Below are positions 1-11,405 of a DNA stretch of 64,000 nucleotides, piece after piece. The stretch's first letter is position 1. Each line of letters starts with the position of its first letter. The notes beneath the pieces were generated by a model. The model was not told the origin of the DNA. It saw only the letters and a program-made list of their open reading frames with translations, and searched no databases. A program made the position numbers and the translations under genes. Source of the stretch: a bacterium (GTDB lineage: Bacteria; Joyebacterota; Joyebacteria; Joyebacterales; Joyebacteraceae); NCBI GenBank assembly GCA_025782395.1, contig JALGZD010000211.1:2111-66110 (forward strand), read 5' to 3'.

Positions 1-447
1 GAGCCGAAGGACATAGACCGTGTCGTCGGTTTCCTCTCGAACGGCTTCGATATCACGACAATGGCTTACGGCGACGACGACCCGGCGGGCTACTTGAGTC
101 GTGATGTGGTAAAGGTCGTGAAAGACGCGGCAGGGCGTGCCCTCTACTTCTCGAGAGCTCCGATCCCTTCCTCAAGGACTCAGGAGAGCGGCAATCCACA
201 AGCTGTTGCCGACGATCCCGGGAAGCCGTCGTATCTGCATCACGTTGGGATATATTGCTTCCGGCGCCGGACGCTCGAAAGATTCTCGTGTCTTCCCCGA
301 GGGGAACTCGAAACAAGGGAGAATCTCGAACAGCTTCGCGCGCTGGAGAACGGGATGTCAATCGGCGTTGTCGTGAGCGAGCACGAGACGCCCAGCGTCG
401 ATCGTCCGTCCGATATTGCTGCGATAGGGCGATTGCTCGAAGCCTGA
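1..447 (+). CDS. kdsB: 3-deoxy-manno-octulosonate cytidylyltransferase (5' truncated by window edge)
   Basis: VKVV..ALYFSRAPIP, HVGIY, LE.RENLEQLRALENG and SVD motifs; frame open from base 1; upstream of pyrG-kdsA. Confidence 0.93.
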   Translation, partial: EPKDIDRVVGFLSNGFDITTMAYGDDDPAGYLSRDVVKVVKDAAGRALYFSRAPIPSSRTQESGNPQAVADDPGKPSYLHHVGIYCFRRRTLERFSCLPRGELETRENLEQLRALENGMSIGVVVSEHETPSVDRPSDIAAIGRLLEA

Positions 448-450
448 TGA

Positions 451-2251
<1,801 letters not shown>

Positions 2252-2275
2252 GAGGACAGAGAAAAGGAACAGCAG

Positions 2276-3103
2276 ATGGCAGAGAACCCGATAGCCATCG
2301 GTGGAGTGGAGATAGGCCGCGGACGACCGCTGGCCCTGATAGCGGGTCCGTGCGCGCTCGAGAGCGAGGAGATGGTCCTGGATGTGGCGAAGGCGCTCGT
2401 CGGCATCGGGGAACAGCTCGGGGTCGACATTGTCTTCAAGTCCTCGTATCTCAAGGACAACAGGATGTCTCCCGGTTCGTACGCAGGGCCGGGACTCGAT
2501 GAGGGACTGGCCATGCTCTCGCGGGTCAAGGAGGAGACCGGTCTTGCCGTGATCACGGACATTCACACTGTGGAGGAGGCACGAAGAGCGGCGGATGTGG
2601 TGGACGCGCTCCAGATCCCGGCCTTCCTGTGCAGGCAGACGCGACTTCTCGAGGCGGCCGCGCGGACGGGTAAGCCCCTGAATATCAAGAAAGGGCAGTT
2701 CATGGCGCCCGAGGACATGGGGAGGATCGCCGCCAAGGCGGTCGCGGCTGGAAATCCGAAGGTGCTTCTGACAGAGCGTGGAGCATCGTTTGGATATCAC
2801 AACCTCGTTGTCGACATGCGGGCAGTACCGATAATGCAGGGCCTGGGCTGCCCGGTCGTGTTCGACGCGACGCACAGCGTGCAGCTCCCAGGAGCGGCGG
2901 GAGGCGTGTCCGGTGGGCAGCCGGAGTTCGTGCCGGTGCTGGCCAAGGCAGCCTGCGCGGCAGGGTGCGATGCGCTCTTCATCGAGACTCACCCCGACCC
3001 GCCCTCGGCGCTTTCGGACGGGCAATCGATGCTCTCCCTGGCGGAGTTGCCGAAGGTACTTGAAGAGGTGTTGGCTGTGGCCCGTGTCGTTCGGACCGGA
3101 TAG
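2276..3103 (+). CDS. kdsA: KDO 8-phosphate synthase
   Basis: IAGPCALE, QIPAFLCRQT, NIKKGQF, ERGASFGY.NLVVDMR, DATHSVQ.PG. Confidence 0.97.
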   Translation: MAENPIAIGGVEIGRGRPLALIAGPCALESEEMVLDVAKALVGIGEQLGVDIVFKSSYLKDNRMSPGSYAGPGLDEGLAMLSRVKEETGLAVITDIHTVEEARRAADVVDALQIPAFLCRQTRLLEAAARTGKPLNIKKGQFMAPEDMGRIAAKAVAAGNPKVLLTERGASFGYHNLVVDMRAVPIMQGLGCPVVFDATHSVQLPGAAGGVSGGQPEFVPVLAKAACAAGCDALFIETHPDPPSALSDGQSMLSLAELPKVLEEVLAVARVVRTG

Positions 3104-3112
3104 GGGGCGGGA

Positions 3113-3649
3113 TTGATTACGCTTGAGCCTTCGGCGGCGGAGAAAGTCCGTGTGCTTGTTCTCGACATCGATGGTGTGCTCACGAGACCCGAACTCGTAC
3201 TCGGAAGGGATGGAGAGGAGCTCAAGGTCTTCTCGGTAAAGGACGGTGTGGCAATCAAATTCGCGCAGCACGCGGGAATCGATGTGGTTTTTCTGTCGGC
3301 ACGAAGTTCGTTGATCGTCGAGCACAGGGCAACGATGCTGGGTGTAACGGAGGTCTATCAGGGAGAGCACGCGAAACTGTCCCGCATCCGGAGAATCGCC
3401 GAGGAACACGGGATTGGACTTGAAGCTATTGCCTATGTCGGAGATGACATCGTGGACATCGAACCGCTGATGGCGGCGGGAGTCGGTATCGCCGTGGCAG
3501 ACGCGTGCGCCGATGTTCTCGCCGTCGTTAGTCACGTGACGGACGCGCTCGGTGGGCGGGGCGCAGTCAGGGAGACAGTTGAGGCGATTCTCAAGGCTCG
3601 GGGTGATTGGGAGAGGGTCGTCAAGGACTACATCGCGAACGCAAGTTGA
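3113..3649 (+). CDS. kdsC: KDO 8-phosphate phosphatase (HAD family)
   Basis: LDIDGVLT, K.FSVKDG, YVGDDIVD, GGRGAVRE. Confidence 0.93.
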   Translation: MITLEPSAAEKVRVLVLDIDGVLTRPELVLGRDGEELKVFSVKDGVAIKFAQHAGIDVVFLSARSSLIVEHRATMLGVTEVYQGEHAKLSRIRRIAEEHGIGLEAIAYVGDDIVDIEPLMAAGVGIAVADACADVLAVVSHVTDALGGRGAVRETVEAILKARGDWERVVKDYIANAS

Positions 3650-3711
3650 CGGTGCGGCCGGCGCGGTAGCGGAGGAGGTCGGAGGGCGACAGTTGTCCCG
3701 GTCCGTGTGGA

Positions 3712-4731
3712 ATGGAGAAAACAGTGAGCGGCTTGTCGGATGGAGAACGGGACGTTCTTGAGAATCGCCTGATAGCGCATGGGTGCGAGGTCCTGGCGAT
3801 CGAGCAGGACGGCATAGCCAGGCTCGCTTCCGGCCTCGGCGCCGAGTTCGCCAGAGCGGCCCGAACGATCATTGAAACGAAGGGCAGGCTCGTCGTCTGC
3901 GGAGTGGGCAAGTCCGGCATCGTCGCCCGGAAGATAGCGGCAACGTTCGCCAGCACCGGGACACCCGCATTCTTCCTGCATTCGTCGGAGGCCGTGCACG
4001 GTGACCTTGGGACGGTAGAGGGGGGTGATGTTGTGCTCGCCGTGTCCAAGAGCGGGGAAGGGCAGGAACTTCTCGCAATGATCCCCGTTTTCAGAGACAT
4101 AGGCGTGCCCCTCATAGCGATCACAGGCTCTGTCGCATCGACGCTTGCGGAGCGCGCCGACCTGGTTCTTGACGCTTCGGTCGAGAAGGAAGCGTGCCCG
4201 ATGGACCTCGTGCCGACAGCAAGCACAACGGTGGCGCTCGCTCTGGGCGATGCTCTCGCGATGGTGGTCATGAGGGAGAAAGATATCGACGCCAACCGCT
4301 TCGCGGTTTTTCATCCCGGCGGAGCACTGGGACGTCGGCTGCTCCTGAGGGTACGTGACGCCATGCACACCGGCGCCGAGCTTCCGGTGGTCCGTGATGG
4401 GGCCTTGATGCATGAGGCAATCGTTGAAATAGTAAACAAGCGTCTCGGTATGACAACCATCGTGGACGACACGGGTCGACTTGTGGGCATTATCTCTGAC
4501 GGGGATCTGAAGCGGATCCTCATGGATCGCTCCGACGTCCTGGAAGTGCCGGTTGAAGAGGTAATGATACGGACCCCGAAAACGATCGCAGAGGACGTCC
4601 TGCTCGCGGAAGCCCTTGAGCGAATGGAGACGGCCACCCCAAGCCCGATCACATCCCTTATCATTCTGAATGACGACGGATCTCCCAAGGGCGTCATACA
4701 CATCCATGACTGTCTCAAGGCAGTAAGATAG
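3712..4731 (+). CDS. kdsD: Arabinose 5-phosphate isomerase (KpsF/GutQ; SIS plus two CBS domains)
   Basis: GVGKSG, STGTPAFFLH..EA.HGDLG, PTAST, FHPGGALG, C-terminal CBS pair. Confidence 0.95.
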   Translation: MEKTVSGLSDGERDVLENRLIAHGCEVLAIEQDGIARLASGLGAEFARAARTIIETKGRLVVCGVGKSGIVARKIAATFASTGTPAFFLHSSEAVHGDLGTVEGGDVVLAVSKSGEGQELLAMIPVFRDIGVPLIAITGSVASTLAERADLVLDASVEKEACPMDLVPTASTTVALALGDALAMVVMREKDIDANRFAVFHPGGALGRRLLLRVRDAMHTGAELPVVRDGALMHEAIVEIVNKRLGMTTIVDDTGRLVGIISDGDLKRILMDRSDVLEVPVEEVMIRTPKTIAEDVLLAEALERMETATPSPITSLIILNDDGSPKGVIHIHDCLKAVR

Positions 4732-4740
4732 CCTCCCCCG

Positions 4741-4770
4741 TTGACCCCAGGGAACCCCTTCTGCTATTCT
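4741..4770 (+). promoter_or_regulatory. Putative sigma70 promoter upstream of lptC
   Basis: TTGACC-N18-TATTCT with TG extension. Confidence 0.5.
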
Positions 4771-4911
4771 ACATCGCGTTGCTGAGGTTGGATCGAAAAG
4801 ACCACGGTCGGCGCTGTGTGCGGCTTGTAAGCGGAACCGAACCTGCGTATATTGGGGGTGAGGGATTCGCGATGCTGCCGTCTCTACGGATGGTTTCGCT
4901 CAGGAGGGGCA

Positions 4912-5475
4912 TTGTCTAGGAGATGTCTGAAGGTCGTCCTCGCCGTGCTGCTGACCGTGCTGGTTGCGCTCTCCGGGTGCGATCGCGGGACCGGGGGTGA
5001 TGCGGGTGGTGGGACGGTGCTTCCCGACCAGGAAATAAGCAGCTTCAAGCTCACGCAGACGAGTGATGGACGCATTGTGTGGACGCTCTCGGCAACTCTG
5101 GCGCTCGTGTTCGAAAAGGCGGACCGGGTCGAGACCACTTCACCCCGGATCGAGTTCTTTGACGAGGACGGGGAACTCAGGTCAACGTTGACAGCGCGCA
5201 CGGGCCTCCTGCGGCAGCGCACGAGCGACATGGAAGTGCTCGGGAACGTCGTTGTCACATCGGCGGACGGGACCGTGCTGGAGACAGAGAGACTTCTGTG
5301 GTGCGAACTGAAGGGCAAGATCGAGACCGACAGAGCCGTCCGCGTCACGAAGGACGGTGATGTCATGACAGGCACCGGGGCGGAGGCGGACCCGGATCTC
5401 AGGAATCTGAGGATTCTGAGCGACTTCAGGGCCTACGTCCGCTCGGCGAGCGGTGAACTCGAGGAAGAGCAGTAG
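4912..5475 (+). CDS. lptC: LPS export periplasmic bridge protein LptC (lipoprotein-like signal)
   Basis: TTG start after AGGAGG; hydrophobic signal ending LSGC; GNVVV...L.TE.L.W...I.TD..V beta-jellyroll pattern; synteny. Confidence 0.85.
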   Translation: MSRRCLKVVLAVLLTVLVALSGCDRGTGGDAGGGTVLPDQEISSFKLTQTSDGRIVWTLSATLALVFEKADRVETTSPRIEFFDEDGELRSTLTARTGLLRQRTSDMEVLGNVVVTSADGTVLETERLLWCELKGKIETDRAVRVTKDGDVMTGTGAEADPDLRNLRILSDFRAYVRSASGELEEEQ

Positions 5476-5478
5476 CGA

Positions 5479-6249
5479 ATGAGCGACAAACCTGCTTCAG
5501 GACGCGAGGGAGAACGAGGTTCAGTGCCGCGCGAACTCAGGGCGTCGGGGCTCGTGAAGAGCTACGGGCGTCGCAGGGTGGTGAATGAAGTCGAGCTCAC
5601 GCTCGCACGCGGCGAAGTGGTAGGTCTGCTGGGACCGAACGGCGCCGGCAAGACCACGACCTTCCACATGATAGTCGGGCTTCTGAAACCGGACTCCGGC
5701 AGCGTGTACCTTGACGATGAAGAGATCACGCGACTTCCGATGTACAAGCGTGCGACAAGAGGTGTCGGCTATCTGTCACAGGAATCATCAATCTTCCGTG
5801 GTCTTTCTGTCGGACAGAACATAATGGCCATTTTGGAAACACTGGATCTCTCACGAACGGAGCGGCGAGAGAGGCTGGCCGACCTGTTGAGAGAACTTGG
5901 CATAGAGGATCTAGTTGACCAGTCGGCGGCAACGCTGTCCGGAGGAGAGAGACGGAGGGTGGAAATAACGAGAGCCCTCGTCACGAACCCGGCGTTTCTC
6001 CTGCTCGATGAGCCTTTCGTGGGAATAGACCCGATTGTCGTTCAGGACATTCAGGCAATCATCAGGCGGCTGAAGAAGCGCGACATCGGGATTCTGATCA
6101 CCGACCACAGTGTACGGGAGACGTTGTCGGTAACCGATCGCGCGTATATCATGTATGAGGGGAAGATACTCCTTTCAGGGGGAGCGCACGAGCTGGCGAC
6201 CAACGAGGAAGCCAGACGACTCTATCTCGGTGAACGGTTCCAGCTCTAA
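5479..6249 (+). CDS. lptB: LPS export ABC transporter ATPase
   Basis: GLLGPNGAGKTT, LSGGERRRVEI, LLDEPF, GILITDH.VRETL, YLGERF. Confidence 0.97.
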   Translation: MSDKPASGREGERGSVPRELRASGLVKSYGRRRVVNEVELTLARGEVVGLLGPNGAGKTTTFHMIVGLLKPDSGSVYLDDEEITRLPMYKRATRGVGYLSQESSIFRGLSVGQNIMAILETLDLSRTERRERLADLLRELGIEDLVDQSAATLSGGERRRVEITRALVTNPAFLLLDEPFVGIDPIVVQDIQAIIRRLKKRDIGILITDHSVRETLSVTDRAYIMYEGKILLSGGAHELATNEEARRLYLGERFQL

Positions 6250-6275
6250 CGGGGACAGGCAAGGAGACGAGCACG

Positions 6276-7754
6276 ATGGACATGAGACCAGGCCTTCACC
6301 TGAGGATGTCGCAGCAGCTGGTCATGACGCCCAGACTGCAGATGGCTCTCAAGATACTGCAGGTTTCGACTATGGAACTGGAGCAGTTCCTCAAGCAGGA
6401 ACTGTTGCAGAATCCTCTGCTCGAGCGGGCGGACGAGGAAGAAGAGGCTGAGACTGAGGCGTCGGACGGGTCGGATGAGTCGGAGGAGGCGGGGAAGTCG
6501 GAGAGGGAGGCTGAGAGCGCGCCGGCTGAGAAGGACGAGGCGGCTGATGAGCCCGTGAAGACCGAAGAAGCCGACACTGCCGCCGAGGATCTGGACTGGG
6601 ACGACTACCTGGATGACGTCTACGCACATGCGTACGGGCAGAACCTTGAGCGCGAAGAGGATGAGCGGCTCGAACGCGTTCCCGTTGCGGTCGCGACTTT
6701 CGAAGATCAACTCAAACATCAGTTACACGTCGAATGCGACGAGGATGGACTCATCGGCATCGCCGAGTACATAATTGATGAGCTCGGCAGGGACGGGTAC
6801 GTCAAGGACACCGTGGAGGGGATCGCGTCGGCGCTGCACGCTCCGCTCTCCGCAGTGGAGCGTGCACTCAAGATAGTCCAGTCGCTCGATCCCGCGGGAA
6901 TCGCGGCGCGCGACATAAGGGAATGCCTTCTTCTTCAGCTTGAGCGCAAGGGAATGAGCGACAGCGTAGCCGCGAAGGTCGTAACCACCTGCTTCGAGGA
7001 ACTGAAGGCGTGCAAGTACGATCAGATACGCCGCAAGCTCGGAGTCACGGTGGACGAGCTGAGAAGCGCCATCGCCGAGATCTCCAAACTGGATCCGAGG
7101 CCCAGAATCGATCCCGGGGGGGGCGACCCGGGCTACATCACCCCGGATCTCATCGTGGAAGAGGTTGATGGTGAGTATGTGGTCTACCTGAACGATCAGG
7201 ACGTGCCGCGTGTTCGGATCAATCCCACGTACCGGCGCATTCTACGCTCTGGAGGCGATTCGGAGGAGAAGGAATTCATCGTCAAGAAGCTCAAAGCCGC
7301 GCGTTGGATCGTCCAGAGCATAGAGAATCGACGCCGCACGATGGTCCGTGTGATGGAGAGCATCTCAAGGGCGCAGTCCGGGTTCTTCGAGAAGGGCATT
7401 GCGGCCATGAAGCCTCTCACCCTCCAGCAGATCGCTGATGATGTGAGCATGCATGAATCGACGATCAGCAGGGTAACGAGAGGCAAGTACGTTCAGACGC
7501 CTCGCGGGACGTTCGAGCTCAAGTACTTTTTCTCGAGCGGCATCCGCACGAGCGACGGAACGGAAATCGCAGCGAAGGCGGTGCAGGACGCGATGCGCGG
7601 CATCATGAGCCGTGAGGACAAGAAGAGACCGTTGTCGGACCAGAAGATTGCGGAGGAGCTCAGGAGGATGGGCCTCAGGATCTCAAGACGTGCGGTTGCG
7701 AAATACAGAGACCAGATGGGCATTCTCCGGGCAGGGCTCCGCAAGGAGATATGA
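6276..7754 (+). CDS. rpoN: RNA polymerase sigma-54 factor
   Basis: Q-rich region I (QQLVMTPRLQ), HESTISR, ELKYFFS, RpoN box SRRAVAKYR. Confidence 0.98.
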   Translation: MDMRPGLHLRMSQQLVMTPRLQMALKILQVSTMELEQFLKQELLQNPLLERADEEEEAETEASDGSDESEEAGKSEREAESAPAEKDEAADEPVKTEEADTAAEDLDWDDYLDDVYAHAYGQNLEREEDERLERVPVAVATFEDQLKHQLHVECDEDGLIGIAEYIIDELGRDGYVKDTVEGIASALHAPLSAVERALKIVQSLDPAGIAARDIRECLLLQLERKGMSDSVAAKVVTTCFEELKACKYDQIRRKLGVTVDELRSAIAEISKLDPRPRIDPGGGDPGYITPDLIVEEVDGEYVVYLNDQDVPRVRINPTYRRILRSGGDSEEKEFIVKKLKAARWIVQSIENRRRTMVRVMESISRAQSGFFEKGIAAMKPLTLQQIADDVSMHESTISRVTRGKYVQTPRGTFELKYFFSSGIRTSDGTEIAAKAVQDAMRGIMSREDKKRPLSDQKIAEELRRMGLRISRRAVAKYRDQMGILRAGLRKEI

Positions 7755-7782
7755 GGTTTTCCAAGAGTGGGGGGAGAGCGCA

Positions 7783-8028
7783 TTGATCAGGGACGTGATT
7801 CTGCAACGGACGGACTCCAACGCCGAGCGCTTCACTGTTCTGTACTGGAAAGCTGATCTCGGAGCGACGGTCGAAGAAGGGGACGAGCTTCTGATAGTTG
7901 AAGCCGAAGAGGAGAAGACGGCGCTGACGGTCCAGGCACCGTGTTCGGGTGTTCTGGTGGAGAGAGTGGTGAACGAAGATCAGCAGGTTGCAGCGGGCGA
8001 CATTCTGGGGAGAATCGAATCCAAGTGA
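7783..8028 (+). CDS. Stand-alone lipoyl/biotinyl-attachment domain protein (81 aa)
   Basis: W...G..V.EGD.L..VE....K....V.AP.SG.L....V..GD.LG.I pattern; TTG after GGAG; stop overlaps lipA start (GTGA). Confidence 0.8.
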   Translation: MIRDVILQRTDSNAERFTVLYWKADLGATVEEGDELLIVEAEEEKTALTVQAPCSGVLVERVVNEDQQVAAGDILGRIESK

Positions 8029-8903
8029 ACGAAGATCTGCGTTTACCGCCGTGGTTGACCAAACCGATCGCAGACCCGGCTCGCACACGGCGCGTGAAGG
8101 AGACGATTGCCGAGTTCGGACTTACCACGGTGTGTGACGAGGCGAGATGTCCCAATAGAGTTGATTGCTTCAGCCGAGGGACTGCGACGTTCATGATCCT
8201 TGGAGACCGCTGTACGCGTGACTGCAGGTTCTGTGCGGTCTCGCACGGCGCGCCGGAGGCGCCCGACCCCGATGAACCTCGGAGACTCGCGGAGGCGGTG
8301 AAGCGCCTCGGACTCGAGTACGTCGTCATCACATCGGTGACCAGGGACGATCTTCCGGACCAAGGAGCAGAGCAGTTTGCCCGGACGATACGCTCCGTCC
8401 GTTGTGAGCTGCCGGGCGTCGGTGTCGAGGTGCTGGTTCCGGATTTCGGCGGGCGGTTGGAGCTGGTAGACGTTGTTCTTCACGCAGGGCCGGATGTGTT
8501 CTCACACAACGTCGAGACGGTACGGCGTCTGTATGAGACAGTGCGGCCGCAGGCCGACCTGAATAGATCGCTGAAGGTACTCAAGCACGCGGCGGACGCG
8601 CGATACGACGGCCTCGTCAAGTCCTCCCTGATGCTGGGGCTTGGTGAAACGCGGCTTGAAGTGGACGCAGCTCTGAGGGACCTCCGGTGCGCCGGGACGG
8701 ATATCGCCTATGTCGGGCAGTATCTGAGACCATCCCGCAACCATCTCAAGGTTCAGCGATTCATTCCACCGGAGGAGTTCGACGATATCAGAGAGACAGC
8801 TCTCGGAATGGGCTTCGGTTGGGTATCAGCGGGACCATTCGTGAGGAGTTCGTATGAGGCGGAGCGTGCAGTGCAGGCGCTCGTGGGGAACGTGTGCTCG
8901 TGA
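8025..8903 (+). CDS. lipA: Lipoyl synthase
   Basis: CDEARCPNRVDC (CX4CX5C), CTRDCRFC radical-SAM motif, TSVTRDDL, HNVETV, GQYLRP, RSSY. Confidence 0.96.
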   Translation: MNEDLRLPPWLTKPIADPARTRRVKETIAEFGLTTVCDEARCPNRVDCFSRGTATFMILGDRCTRDCRFCAVSHGAPEAPDPDEPRRLAEAVKRLGLEYVVITSVTRDDLPDQGAEQFARTIRSVRCELPGVGVEVLVPDFGGRLELVDVVLHAGPDVFSHNVETVRRLYETVRPQADLNRSLKVLKHAADARYDGLVKSSLMLGLGETRLEVDAALRDLRCAGTDIAYVGQYLRPSRNHLKVQRFIPPEEFDDIRETALGMGFGWVSAGPFVRSSYEAERAVQALVGNVCS

Positions 8904-8928
8904 TTGTTTGCTGTCGAAGGGAGGGGCG

Positions 8929-9450
8929 ATGAATATCAGGATCACGGCAAGGCACTTCGACCTCGAAGACGGCCTGCGAGATCACATTGAATCCAAAGTG
9001 GAGCATCTCGCACACTACTTCGACCGTGTGGATGAGGCGAACGTGGTCCTCGAGAAAGAGGGGCGCCGTCACATCGTGGATCTCACAGTGCACGCGTCGA
9101 GGGTCATCATCTCAAGCGAGCAGTCGGCCGACGACTTCAGAGCTGCATTCGACAGGGCCGTAGACAAAGTGGAACGGCAGGTGCGGAGACACAAGGAGCG
9201 CATTCGGAGTCGCAAGGGCAGAGAAACCAGGGCTGGTGTGGCTGCCGCTGCCGGCGGGGTCGCTCCGGAAGAAGTGGGCATACTGCCGGAGGAACTGGCA
9301 AGCACGAGAATGAGTCCCGAGGATGCTTTCCACGAGCTGGAGGAGTTGGGCGCGAGGTTCCTGGTATTCTGGAATACGGAGACTGAAGAGGTCAACGTCA
9401 TGTACCGCCGGGACGATGGGGATTACGGGCTGGTGGAACCGAGCGCGTAG
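8929..9450 (+). CDS. hpf: Ribosome hibernation promoting factor (long HPF)
   Basis: MNIRITARHF, AFD.AVDK.ERQ.RRHK, C-terminal S30AE_C-like NV.YRR.DG.YGLVEP. Confidence 0.93.
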   Translation: MNIRITARHFDLEDGLRDHIESKVEHLAHYFDRVDEANVVLEKEGRRHIVDLTVHASRVIISSEQSADDFRAAFDRAVDKVERQVRRHKERIRSRKGRETRAGVAAAAGGVAPEEVGILPEELASTRMSPEDAFHELEELGARFLVFWNTETEEVNVMYRRDDGDYGLVEPSA

Positions 9451-9516
9451 CCGATGTGAGCATCTCTGGACAGAGGCATGCGGCAGCACGGTGTAGCGAC
9501 GCAACGGAGCACTCTC

Positions 9517-10485
9517 ATGAGCAGATTGACGGTTCGGCAGATTCTGGGTGAACTCAGCGAGGAGTTGCCATTCGATGTGGCAACTTCCGGGGATGCTCTC
9601 GACAGCATCATTGGGACAAGTGAGTTATGCAAACCGGGACTCTTCCTTGCGGGATTCGAACAGGGCTTTGTGGCAGAGCGAATCCAGATACTCGGAGAGG
9701 CCGAACTCGCCTTCCTGAGGACACTGGACTCCGACGGAAAAAGGCGAACGCTGGCGAGACTCGTTGTGGCCTCCGTCCCCTGCGTCATTGTCACGGATGG
9801 GCGTGAACCCCCTGCCGAGTTGGTCGAGCTGTGCAATGATGCGGGCATTCCCGTGCTGAGGACGGGGTCTGGGTCGAATCAGGTGGTGCGGGAGGTGGGC
9901 GCTGCGATCGATAGAGCGCTGTCTCCACGGACGTCGGTTCACGGCACGCTCGTAGACGTCTACGGCATGGGGTTGCTCTTTACCGGCCCAAGCGGCATAG
10001 GCAAGAGCGAGTGTGGTCTTGATCTCGTCGAGCACGGACACAGGCTTGTTGCGGACGACATTGTGATAGTCACGCGGACGCCTCAGGATAATCTGATAGG
10101 GGCTGGGAGTGACCTTCTTCGTCACAACATGGAGATTCGCGGGATCGGTATCATCGATGTGCAGGCGGTCTTTGGAATTCGCGCTATCCGTCAACAGAAG
10201 CGAATCGAGGTCGAGGTACAGCTGGTTCACTGGTCCGATCTCGATGACTACGAGCGGCTGGGTCTGGACGAGAAGACAACCGAGATCCTCGGAGTTGAGA
10301 TCCCCATAGTGACGCTGCCGCTGGTGCCGGGCAAGAACGTCACTGTGATTGCGGAGATTATCGCTCTGCACCAGCTTCTGAAGCTGCACGGAACCAACCC
10401 CGCAAGAGAACTGGACAAGCGGCTCAGAGATCTGGAATCGGACAAGTCGAGAGCCCGGAGAACCCTCAGGAGCGAAACGGAATGA
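9517..10485 (+). CDS. hprK: HPr kinase/phosphorylase
   Basis: HGTLVDVYG.G, G.SGIGKSE, HRLVADD, MEIRGIGII. Confidence 0.96.
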   Translation: MSRLTVRQILGELSEELPFDVATSGDALDSIIGTSELCKPGLFLAGFEQGFVAERIQILGEAELAFLRTLDSDGKRRTLARLVVASVPCVIVTDGREPPAELVELCNDAGIPVLRTGSGSNQVVREVGAAIDRALSPRTSVHGTLVDVYGMGLLFTGPSGIGKSECGLDLVEHGHRLVADDIVIVTRTPQDNLIGAGSDLLRHNMEIRGIGIIDVQAVFGIRAIRQQKRIEVEVQLVHWSDLDDYERLGLDEKTTEILGVEIPIVTLPLVPGKNVTVIAEIIALHQLLKLHGTNPARELDKRLRDLESDKSRARRTLRSETE

Positions 10486-10880
10486 CGAAGCTGGGCCGGG
10501 GAATCGGTTGCGTAATCGTCGCGCACGGTGAAGTCGGTGAGGGTCTGATGGGTGCGGTGCGGGGAATCCTGGGCACGCAGAGCGGGTGGAGGGCAGTGAC
10601 GAACACGGGTCTGGGGCTTCCGGAGCTTGAGACGGCCGTTCGTACGGCCATCAAGGAGCTGGCAGGAATGCGCATGGTTGTTCTTTTCACAGACATGCCG
10701 GGTGGCAGTTGTCACCACGCTTGCCGGAACATCATCAGGAACTCCGAGGGTATCAGAATGCTCACAGGCTTGAATCTCATGATGCTTCTGGAATTCTTTG
10801 TGAAGCGTGAGCGAGTCCCGATCGAAGAGCTTCTGTCTCTTGTGCAGGAACGAGGCAAGGACTCGGTCAGGCTCTCATAG
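10482..10880 (+). CDS. PTS mannose/fructose/sorbose family IIA
   Basis: IVAHG phospho-His motif, TDMPGGS, GLNLMML. Confidence 0.88.
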   Translation: MTKLGRGIGCVIVAHGEVGEGLMGAVRGILGTQSGWRAVTNTGLGLPELETAVRTAIKELAGMRMVVLFTDMPGGSCHHACRNIIRNSEGIRMLTGLNLMMLLEFFVKRERVPIEELLSLVQERGKDSVRLS

Positions 10881-10888
10881 GAGGACGC

Positions 10889-11386
10889 TTGGCTTTCGTG
10901 CTGGTCCGGATAGACGATCGCCTGATTCACGGACAGGTGACACTGGCGTGGGGATCCTCGCTGAATCCCGATGTAATGGTTCTGGTCAACAATGACGTTG
11001 CGTCAACGGAGTGGAAACGCGAGTTGTATTCCACCACGGATACGATGGGGGTTCGGATAGACGTGCTCGGAATAGACTCGTTCCTCGATCATCTGGCGAA
11101 GGGTCGCTGGCAGAGTGAAGATGCCATTCTGGTGGTGAACTCGGCAGCCGATCTCCTTGCGCTCGTGCGAGGTGGACTATCCATCAAGCAAATCAATGTC
11201 GGCGGCATGCACTTCAGTGATGGGAAACGCGAGGTGCTTGCATACGTCTACGTGGACGATGACGATATCAGGGATCTTCTCGATATCTCGGATCTAGGCA
11301 TTGCAGTAGAGGCGCGCGACGTCCCACAGTCCGAGCCGGTGGATCTCGTGCCGAAGCTGCTGAAACTCCGTGAGAAGAGCACGTAG
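10889..11386 (+). CDS. PTS mannose family IIB
   Basis: RIDDRLIHGQV, INVGGM. Confidence 0.93.
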   Translation: MAFVLVRIDDRLIHGQVTLAWGSSLNPDVMVLVNNDVASTEWKRELYSTTDTMGVRIDVLGIDSFLDHLAKGRWQSEDAILVVNSAADLLALVRGGLSIKQINVGGMHFSDGKREVLAYVYVDDDDIRDLLDISDLGIAVEARDVPQSEPVDLVPKLLKLREKST

Positions 11387-11405
11387 AAGAGGAGCGCCAC
11401 CGACC

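Noticed and set aside
4771-4911. ncRNA or small ORF in the lptC leader
   Set aside because: No recognisable RNA family or credible ORF; the ORF-track extension to 4852 is probably an over-called start
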